This document shows positions 19,310 through 25,756 of a stretch of DNA of 32,000 bases, one piece after another. Source of the DNA: Crocosphaera subtropica ATCC 51142. Its GTDB lineage: Bacteria > Cyanobacteriota > Cyanobacteriia > Cyanobacteriales > Microcystaceae. The notes beneath the pieces are model-generated. The model was not told the origin of the DNA, did no database searches, and saw only the letters and a list, made by a program, of their open reading frames with translations. The position numbers and the translations under genes were made by a program. The stretch covers positions 2,070,001 through 2,102,000 of the forward strand of contig NC_010546.1 in assembly GCF_000017845.1 (NCBI RefSeq), in the 5' to 3' direction. Numbering within the stretch: the stretch's first letter is position 1; each line of letters starts with the position of its first letter.

Positions 19310-20218
19310 TCATTTTTGATGGAGATGACTGCCTAAAAAATGATCAATTGTCTCGTAAATAGCAGTCATCTCTTTGTTCCCAAACCCACCATGACCCCCA
19401 TCGGTAATAGTCATCAGTTCATTGGGAACTTGTGCCTTTTCTAATGCTTGGTGTAGTTGAACCGCATGACTATAAGGAACCAGGGTATCAGCGTCACCAT
19501 GAATGGTGAGAATAGGGGGTAAGTCATCTCGTACATAGTTGATGGGAGAAATCTTTTGAGCAATGTTTAAACGATCGCTTTGATTCCCTAACCATTCTAC
19601 TGCATAATCTTGTTGATTTTCCCCTTGCAATACATCGACCACATCGGCGATACCGTACCAGTTAACAATGGCTGCTACCTTAATTTTTTTGTTGTCTGGA
19701 CACTGATGATCAAGATCGCTACTTGCTGGTAGCATCCCTGTTATTAGGGCTAAATGTCCCCCTGCAGACTCACCAGAAAGAACTATTTTATTAACATCAA
19801 AACCGTATTCATCGCCATTATTAATGACCCATTTAACTGCACATAAACTGTCTTTTACGGCTGCCGGGGCAAGGGAAACATTACCTAATCGATATTGAAC
19901 CGTGACCACTCCCCATCCTTTTTTTATATAAGGTAAAATACTCGAAAGGGTAGCATCTTTTGTGCCACTAATCCAACCTCCACCATGAAAATAAATCAAG
20001 GTAGAAACTGGTTCATTCTTGTTTTTTGGGGCATAAATATCTAGCTTTAAAGAAATATTGTTAACTTCTAAGTAGGTAATATTTAAGTGTTTTTGGTAGT
20101 TTTGGGGGGCGGTGGTTACTCTTCTAACTCTGTCGGTCAGCTTAACTAGAAGGGGAAGGATCATGATCAGGAAAGGTACAACTAAAATTAATAACAATTG
20201 TGGTTTGAATTTAAACAT
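19310..20218 (-). CDS. alpha/beta hydrolase (esterase/lipase, HGGG-type) with N-terminal membrane anchor
   Basis: Oxyanion motif FHGGGW, nucleophile elbow GESAGG, Asp in HGDADTLVP and His in DGGHGG. N-terminal hydrophobic helix LLLILVVPFLIMILPLLV. Confidence 0.85.
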   Translation of the reverse strand: MFKFKPQLLLILVVPFLIMILPLLVKLTDRVRRVTTAPQNYQKHLNITYLEVNNISLKLDIYAPKNKNEPVSTLIYFHGGGWISGTKDATLSSILPYIKKGWGVVTVQYRLGNVSLAPAAVKDSLCAVKWVINNGDEYGFDVNKIVLSGESAGGHLALITGMLPASSDLDHQCPDNKKIKVAAIVNWYGIADVVDVLQGENQQDYAVEWLGNQSDRLNIAQKISPINYVRDDLPPILTIHGDADTLVPYSHAVQLHQALEKAQVPNELMTITDGGHGGFGNKEMTAIYETIDHFLGSHLHQK

Positions 20219-20236
20219 AGAAACATAAACAATATA

Positions 20237-21916
20237 TTAACTACGTCGTGATTGGGCAATTTGCCAACTGAGAAAAATCACAGGAATCATACCTACTAAA
20301 ACAATAGCTAAAGCAGGGGCTGCTGCATCGGATAATCGTTCGTCGGAGGCATATTGATAAACTCTAATAGCTAGGGTATCAAAGTTAAAAGGACGAATAA
20401 CTAAAGTAGCTGGTAATTCTTTCATGACATCCACAAAAACTAACATAATTGCTGTTAGCATTCCCCCAGTCATTAAAGGCGTATGAATTTTAATTAAAAT
20501 CTTACTTGGGGTTGAACCTAAACTTCTAGCTGCATCGTCTAAACTCGGTTTAATTTTCCCTAAACTGGATTCAACAGCACCAAAAGCAACGGGCAAAAAT
20601 CGCACTAAATAAGCATAAATTAAGGCTAAAATCGTGCCACTAATTAATAAGCCTATTTTGAGATTAAAACCCTGTTCCATTATATTAGCGATCGCATTAT
20701 CTAATCGTCCCACGGGTATCAAAATCCCCACGGCAATAACAGACCCTGGAATAGCATAACCTAAAGCAGCAATTCTCACACTGGCATTCATAAAAAAGTT
20801 ATCTTGTAGTCGTTTTCCATAGGCCATAATTAAGGATAAAATCAAAGCTGCGATCGCTGTTACCACTGACACCATTAAACTGTGATTCGCCAAGTTAAAA
20901 AAGTTATTTTCTAAAGCTGTTTCTGCATTAGCTATAACTAAATCAACTAAATAAAGAGAAGGGGCTAAAAATCCTCCGAAGAAGGGAAGAAAACAAACTA
21001 ACCAGGCTAAAATAGCTCGCCAAGAAGTTAGTTGATACCGAGGAATATGGCTTTTAGGACTACTATTTTGATAATATCGGGCTTGACGACGGGACCATAA
21101 TTCTAAAAGAATTAATGTAAAAATAAATAACATCAAAAAAGCTGCTAATTGCGCTGCCGCTTCTCTTTCTCCTAAGCCAAACCAGGTGTCATAAATGCCA
21201 GTTGTAAAGGTATTTACTCCAAAATATTTAACCGTTCCAAAATCATTTAAAGTTTCCATTAATGCCAGTGCTAAACCGGCCATAATTCCTGGACGGGCTA
21301 AGGGAAGGGCAACTTTAAAAAAGCTTTGCCAAGGACTACAACCTAAAGAACGACTCGCTTCTAAGGTACAAATTGACTGTTCTAAAAAAGCGGTTCTTGC
21401 TAATAAATAAACATAGGGATAAAGTACCAAAATCAACATAACAATAGCACCCCAAACCGAACGAATATCGGGGAACCAATAATCATTATAATTTTGCCAT
21501 CCAAACCAAGAACGAAGGGTACTCTGCACAGGACCATAATAGTCCAACATATTCGTATAAGTATAGGCTAATAAATAGGCTGGTGCTGATAAAGGAAGTA
21601 GCAATAACCATTCAAACCAACGACACCCCCAAAAGCGACAAATGGTAACTAACCATGCCGTTGCGATACCAATAATTAATACCCCTATTCCTACCCCAAA
21701 CATGAGTAGCAAAGAGTTTAAAATATAACTGGTTAGTACGGTTTCGGCTAAGTGTTTCCAGATGGTTCCAGCATCGATAAAAATGCTACTGACAACAAAT
21801 AAAATTGGCGTAGCAATTAAAACAGCTATAATTACAACGATCGCTGTCCAACCTTTAGAGGGCAGATAATTAATTAAGTTACGGGAGTTAGAAATAATTG
21901 GGTTAGATTCGTTCAT
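20237..21916 (-). CDS. futB: iron(III) ABC transporter permease, fused two-domain FutB/HitB/FbpB type
   Basis: About 560 aa with two MetI-like transmembrane modules, each carrying an EAA-type loop (EASRSLGCSPWQSFFKVALPLARPG and DAARSLGSTPSKILIKIHTPLMTGG). The track start 21931 is TTG and the first ATG is at 21916. Confidence 0.85.
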   Translation of the reverse strand: MNESNPIISNSRNLINYLPSKGWTAIVVIIAVLIATPILFVVSSIFIDAGTIWKHLAETVLTSYILNSLLLMFGVGIGVLIIGIATAWLVTICRFWGCRWFEWLLLLPLSAPAYLLAYTYTNMLDYYGPVQSTLRSWFGWQNYNDYWFPDIRSVWGAIVMLILVLYPYVYLLARTAFLEQSICTLEASRSLGCSPWQSFFKVALPLARPGIMAGLALALMETLNDFGTVKYFGVNTFTTGIYDTWFGLGEREAAAQLAAFLMLFIFTLILLELWSRRQARYYQNSSPKSHIPRYQLTSWRAILAWLVCFLPFFGGFLAPSLYLVDLVIANAETALENNFFNLANHSLMVSVVTAIAALILSLIMAYGKRLQDNFFMNASVRIAALGYAIPGSVIAVGILIPVGRLDNAIANIMEQGFNLKIGLLISGTILALIYAYLVRFLPVAFGAVESSLGKIKPSLDDAARSLGSTPSKILIKIHTPLMTGGMLTAIMLVFVDVMKELPATLVIRPFNFDTLAIRVYQYASDERLSDAAAPALAIVLVGMIPVIFLSWQIAQSRRS

Positions 21917-22160
21917 AAATAGATTGTTCAAGGAGTGATCTGCTATGAGTTAATTTAATTTATATTAATTACAGAACATAAATAACAAATATTATAATAC
22001 CTTAACTTTTCTAGTTTAGGATACAACTGTTAAAATTATCATGATATTGGCCAAGTAATTATTATCTAAAATCAATTATGTCATCACATCTTTAAATTCA
22101 GTGATTGATAAAACTCATTCTAGGCTAAAATCAAAGGAGTCCTATTAGTTGAACATCATT

Positions 22161-22529
22161 ATGAAAGACTTACCCCCTCTTAACACTGACACCATTAATG
22201 CCATTCTCAATGAAGAAATTGATGATGAAACAGTGATGCAAATGGTGTGGTATTATTTGGGATATCGTTATGATGAAAACAGTAAAACCTGGGATAGTTC
22301 CGAGGTAGAAGCATCCTGGAAAGAAGTCTATCCCGAACCGCCAAACTTTATTGAAAATCGTCCTCCTACCGTAAAATTGACCCGTTCTATTCCGAAAGAA
22401 AATAAACAGTTATTGAAAGAAAAATTAGGCTTTAAAGGCTATAAATTAGGCACTTTTGACCCTAGGGATACCCGTCGTGCAACTATGGCTAATTGGTTAT
22501 TAAGTTATTTAATGATACACTCATCTTAA
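22161..22529 (+). CDS. DUF1823 family protein (conserved cyanobacterial/plastid-lineage hypothetical)
   Basis: About 122 aa. The sequence LPPLNTDTINAILNEEIDDETVMQMVWYYLGYRYD...TRRATMANWL matches my recollection of DUF1823. The track start 22149 is TTG and the first ATG is at 22161; either start is possible. Confidence 0.6.
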   Translation: MKDLPPLNTDTINAILNEEIDDETVMQMVWYYLGYRYDENSKTWDSSEVEASWKEVYPEPPNFIENRPPTVKLTRSIPKENKQLLKEKLGFKGYKLGTFDPRDTRRATMANWLLSYLMIHSS

Positions 22530-22747
22530 TTCAGTGAATACACAAAATTGATTTCCTAGTTAGAACAAGCACAAGGCAACGAGGTTATTGCAATGTGTAA
22601 TTAATTCGGCTTACATAGTTAATTGTTTTCTATTAAACACTAAAATTAAGAGTTCAAATTTGGTGAAAGCTCCAAAAAGAAATAGCTATTATAGGAAAAA
22701 GTCAAGAAATAAATTTTATCTCACAGTTAATAAAGACGGAACTTTTT

Positions 22748-22933
22748 AACCTGAGTTCGGTGTTAGGGGTTCGGAGGAAGGCATTAACACTATGGGTCTT
22801 CTGGCTTAACGTGAGTTCGGAGTTAGGAGTTCCGAGGTCAAAGTTAGGATTTTTTTAACGAGGAAATTAGGGTTTGAGAGTTCTTGTTAGTTGTCAGTTC
22901 TTCATAGATTCTCTTCTGTCCAACTCACGTTGG
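22748..22933 (+). repeat. MITE-like repeat element, copy B (composite, two heptamer arrays)
   Basis: The first 30 nt are near-identical to copy A (AACCTGAGTTCGGTGTTAGGGGTTCGGAG). A second left end AACGTGAGTT (22808-22817) is complementary to AACTCACGTT (22922-22931). Heptamers GAGTTCG GAGTTAG GAGTTCC GAGGTCA AAGTTAG span 22813-22847, followed by a T-run and the core variant AACGAGGAAATTAGGGTTTGAGA (22857-22879). Confidence 0.8.
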
Positions 22934-23074
22934 TTTAAGTCTGTCAAAAATTAGTAAAATAGGGCAAAAGCCAAGGGTTTCTCCCCCTCTAACAGCGATT
23001 TTCAATTGAGTGGAAATCTAGAAATCTAATATGAAATCAGCTTACAGAATTTTTGAACTGATTGGATAAGACTT

Positions 23075-24289
23075 ATGCGCCTTAGACAAAATATTGTAGC
23101 TATATTTTCTACTTTCCTACAATTCGAGGCAGACCAGTTTAGCCATTGGTCTAGGGACCCTCAATTGCATCGTAGCATGAAAAAATGTCTAGCTGAGCAG
23201 TCGTTGAAGGAACGCTCTGAGCGTTTTTGGGGACTCTATTGGTACAAAATTTGGGAAACATCTTCTCAGTCCCAACAAAAAGCCCACACAAGGCAAGCGA
23301 GATCCCATCTGACTGCTTACTTACAAGAAGCGGGTTACTGGGCTGCTAAAAAAGCCACTACTGATTTTCGGCAACTCAACTATGAAGTGTCTGATTGCTT
23401 TCAAATTGCTTTATCTTCGGTTGATCGTATCCTTCAAGGGTTTGATCCCCTTCAAACAGGTAATTTCAAAAGCTATGCCAGCATTGTTCTATCCAATCAT
23501 ATTAGAGAAATTTTACGGCAAAGACAAGAAATTGATATTTGTAGCCCCTGGGCTTTATTACGCAAATTGAGTCAAAAACGGCTGGTCGAATCATTACAAC
23601 AGGCAGGTTTATCAACTGAAACGATCAACGCTTATGTCCTCGTTTGGAAGTGTTTTAAAAGTAATTATGTTCCCAGTGGCGGTTCGCCTCCCACTAGAAC
23701 CCGTCAATTACCAAAACCGGATAATGCTACCCTAGAGGCGATCGCTAACCAGTATAATCAAGACCGCTATAGTCAACTAAATGTGCCTGGATCGACTCTT
23801 AACCCTCAAACCATAGAACAATATCTTCTCGATTGTGTCAAAGCGGCCCGCGCCTATCTTTACCCAACTGTTTCCTCCATTAATCAGCCAACCCCAGGAC
23901 AAGAAAGTGGGGAATTAGTCGATATTTTACCTGAATCTGAATCCGAATCCCTATTAGGAGATTTAATTACCCAAGAAGAAGAACAGCAACGGTTGTCCCA
24001 ACAAGCTCAGATGAATCAAACATTAACAGCAATTTTGACTCAAATCACCCCAGACTTGCAACAAATTCTTGATCTTTATTATGGTCAAGGATTAACGCAA
24101 AAGGAGATTGCTCAACAATTAGAAACGAAGCAATATACGGTTTCACGACGTTTAACCAAAGCCAAACAAACTCTTTTGTTGAAATTGAGTCAATGGAGTC
24201 AACAAACCCTGCATATTTCCTTAACTTCGGACATACTCAATAGTATGAGTACCGTTTTAGAGGAATGGTTAACCAACCATTATCAGTAG
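23075..24289 (+). CDS. sigma-70 family RNA polymerase sigma factor, atypically long (404 aa)
   Basis: Region 2-like segment aa ~78-150 (LTAYLQEAGYWAAKKA...FDPLQTGNFKSYASIVLSNHIREILRQ). Region 4 HTH aa ~325-370 (LQQILDLYYGQGLTQKEIAQQLETKQYTVSRRLTKAKQTLLLKL). Clean ATG start. Confidence 0.85.
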   Translation: MRLRQNIVAIFSTFLQFEADQFSHWSRDPQLHRSMKKCLAEQSLKERSERFWGLYWYKIWETSSQSQQKAHTRQARSHLTAYLQEAGYWAAKKATTDFRQLNYEVSDCFQIALSSVDRILQGFDPLQTGNFKSYASIVLSNHIREILRQRQEIDICSPWALLRKLSQKRLVESLQQAGLSTETINAYVLVWKCFKSNYVPSGGSPPTRTRQLPKPDNATLEAIANQYNQDRYSQLNVPGSTLNPQTIEQYLLDCVKAARAYLYPTVSSINQPTPGQESGELVDILPESESESLLGDLITQEEEQQRLSQQAQMNQTLTAILTQITPDLQQILDLYYGQGLTQKEIAQQLETKQYTVSRRLTKAKQTLLLKLSQWSQQTLHISLTSDILNSMSTVLEEWLTNHYQ

Positions 24290-24307
24290 ATCGAAAACTG
24301 ACTTGTT

Positions 24308-24386
24308 TGGGCCCCAAGGGAGACGAGCGACCCCGGTCGGGTTCCCCGACATAGGGAACGCACGAGGAGCGCCGAAGCAGGGGAGA
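24308..24386. other. isolated GC-rich island (~70% G+C) in the sigma-DUF1822 spacer; possible structured RNA or regulatory element
   Basis: Hand count gives 55 G/C in 77 nt (24309-24385), against an AT-rich background. Two mutually exclusive hairpins are possible: GTCGG/CCGAC (24336-24340 / 24346-24350) or GTTCCC/GGGAAC (24341-24346 / 24354-24359). No convincing ORF. Confidence 0.5.
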
Positions 24387-24604
24387 TTATTTTGAACTAT
24401 TTTAGAGAAAATAAAGAGTTTAAACGCCATAAAATCCTAAAAAACAACTATACTCACTAATTTATTCTTGTTTCCCCTACTTTCTTTCTCCCATTCTCTA
24501 TTATCCCTGCTCCCCCACAATCTTAACTAGGATCTTGATGATCTACTTATTATGGCTCAACCCCTTCTTCTTCTACTTAACCACTGCTTATTAGGGAATA
24601 TCCC

Positions 24605-25756
24605 ATGACTTTCTTATTTGCTCAACCTAACCAACTTTGGCTTGAACTATCAGAGACTAACCTCTCCCAAGCTTGGCAACAAAGCCATATTTGTTCGAGT
24701 GCTACCACAAGATGGCGAGCCTATCTCAATAGACTAAGCTTAACTTGTTTTCTTTCCTATGTTCAAGAAGAATGGTCCTATAGGATGACAAGTTGGCCAG
24801 AAGACCCTTTGACCAACTTGTGGGAATTGGTTGAGGGTTCAACCCTTATTTTAGGGAATAAACGCATTGTCCTCTTGCCAACGGAAGCAATGGATGAGGA
24901 TGAACTACGGGTTCCTCAAGAATGGATTGATATTCCTGAATGGGTGGCTGATTATTATCTCGCTGCTCAAGTTAATTTAGATGAGCAATGGTTAAACATT
25001 TGGGGTTACACGACCCATCAAAAATTAAAAGAGATAGGACACTATAATAGTAGCGATCGCACTTACAGCCTAGAGAAACCATTTTTATTTCAAGACATCA
25101 ACGCCTTTTGGGTATCCCAAGAACTGGCTTTAGAAGAAGTCACTCAAGGGGAGATTCTTCCCTTAACCCCTTTATCTTCAGTACAAGCTGAAAATTTAAT
25201 TGAGCGTTTAGGTAATGCTGAATTAAAAGAACCCCGTCTCGCTGTTCCCTTCACCCTTTGGGGTTCACTCCTTGCTAATTCCAGTTGGCGACAACAATTG
25301 TCTCAACATCGTCAAGGGAATACTCAACCTAATGTCTTGGTTAACTTAAGCAGTTGGTTCGATAATCTCTTTGAAAGCTCTTGGCAAGCTCCAGAAACCT
25401 TAAATTTAGCCTTTAGTAGCCGACGCAATACCACAGCCAACACTCAGACCATTCAACGAGCTAATTTAATTACCCTGGGTAGAGAACAAGTTATTTTACT
25501 GGTCGAACTCACCCCCGAAGAGGATGGTAGAATCGCTATCAGTCTTCAACTCTTTCCCCCGTCCAACCGTCGTTATTTACCAGAAATGATACAACTGACC
25601 TTGTTATCAGAAACGGGGGAGGTTTTGCGATCGGTTCAATCTCGCACTCAAGATAATGCCATCAGAATTCCTCGGTTTAAGTGTGCCACAGGATTTCGTT
25701 TTCGTCTTCAGATCACACTCAATGAGCATTGCATCACAGAGGATTTTATTGTCTAA
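24605..25756 (+). CDS. DUF1822 family protein (cyanobacteria-restricted, function unknown)
   Basis: 383 aa with no TM and about 15 Trp. The N-terminal pattern ...AWQQS...RWRAYLNRLSLTCFLSYVQEEW and the beta-rich C-terminus (VILLVELTPEEDGRIAISLQLFP...LPEMIQLTLLSETGEVL...GFRFRLQITLNEHCITEDF) match my recollection of DUF1822. The stop abuts the next ATG. Confidence 0.7.
   Translation: MTFLFAQPNQLWLELSETNLSQAWQQSHICSSATTRWRAYLNRLSLTCFLSYVQEEWSYRMTSWPEDPLTNLWELVEGSTLILGNKRIVLLPTEAMDEDELRVPQEWIDIPEWVADYYLAAQVNLDEQWLNIWGYTTHQKLKEIGHYNSSDRTYSLEKPFLFQDINAFWVSQELALEEVTQGEILPLTPLSSVQAENLIERLGNAELKEPRLAVPFTLWGSLLANSSWRQQLSQHRQGNTQPNVLVNLSSWFDNLFESSWQAPETLNLAFSSRRNTTANTQTIQRANLITLGREQVILLVELTPEEDGRIAISLQLFPPSNRRYLPEMIQLTLLSETGEVLRSVQSRTQDNAIRIPRFKCATGFRFRLQITLNEHCITEDFIV

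Noticed and set aside
4262-21410. Remaining short track ORFs nested in larger genes (4262-4444, 9036-9248, 10387-10569, 11957-12154, 12354-12566, 14363-14545, 21195-21410)
   Set aside because: Each is an alternative-frame or antisense ORF of 60-71 aa inside a gene with strong family evidence.
23382-23570. 62-aa alternative-frame ORF inside the sigma factor gene (and similarly 27859-28110 inside the CHASE2 gene)
   Set aside because: These are same-strand, out-of-frame ORFs inside genes whose main frames carry the sigma region 2 and CHASE2/TM motifs.
24341-24385. Resemblance of GGGAACGC and CGAAGCAGG to conserved blocks of the glutamine (glnA) riboswitch
   Set aside because: The blocks occur in the wrong order relative to the P1 stem of that motif as I remember it, and the genomic context (upstream of DUF1822) does not fit nitrogen metabolism.
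24290-24386. Possible read-through or C-terminal extension of the sigma factor into the GC island (same frame)
   Set aside because: The frame is interrupted by two stops (TAG 24287-24289 and TGA 24299-24301) before the island, so an extension would need double suppression.
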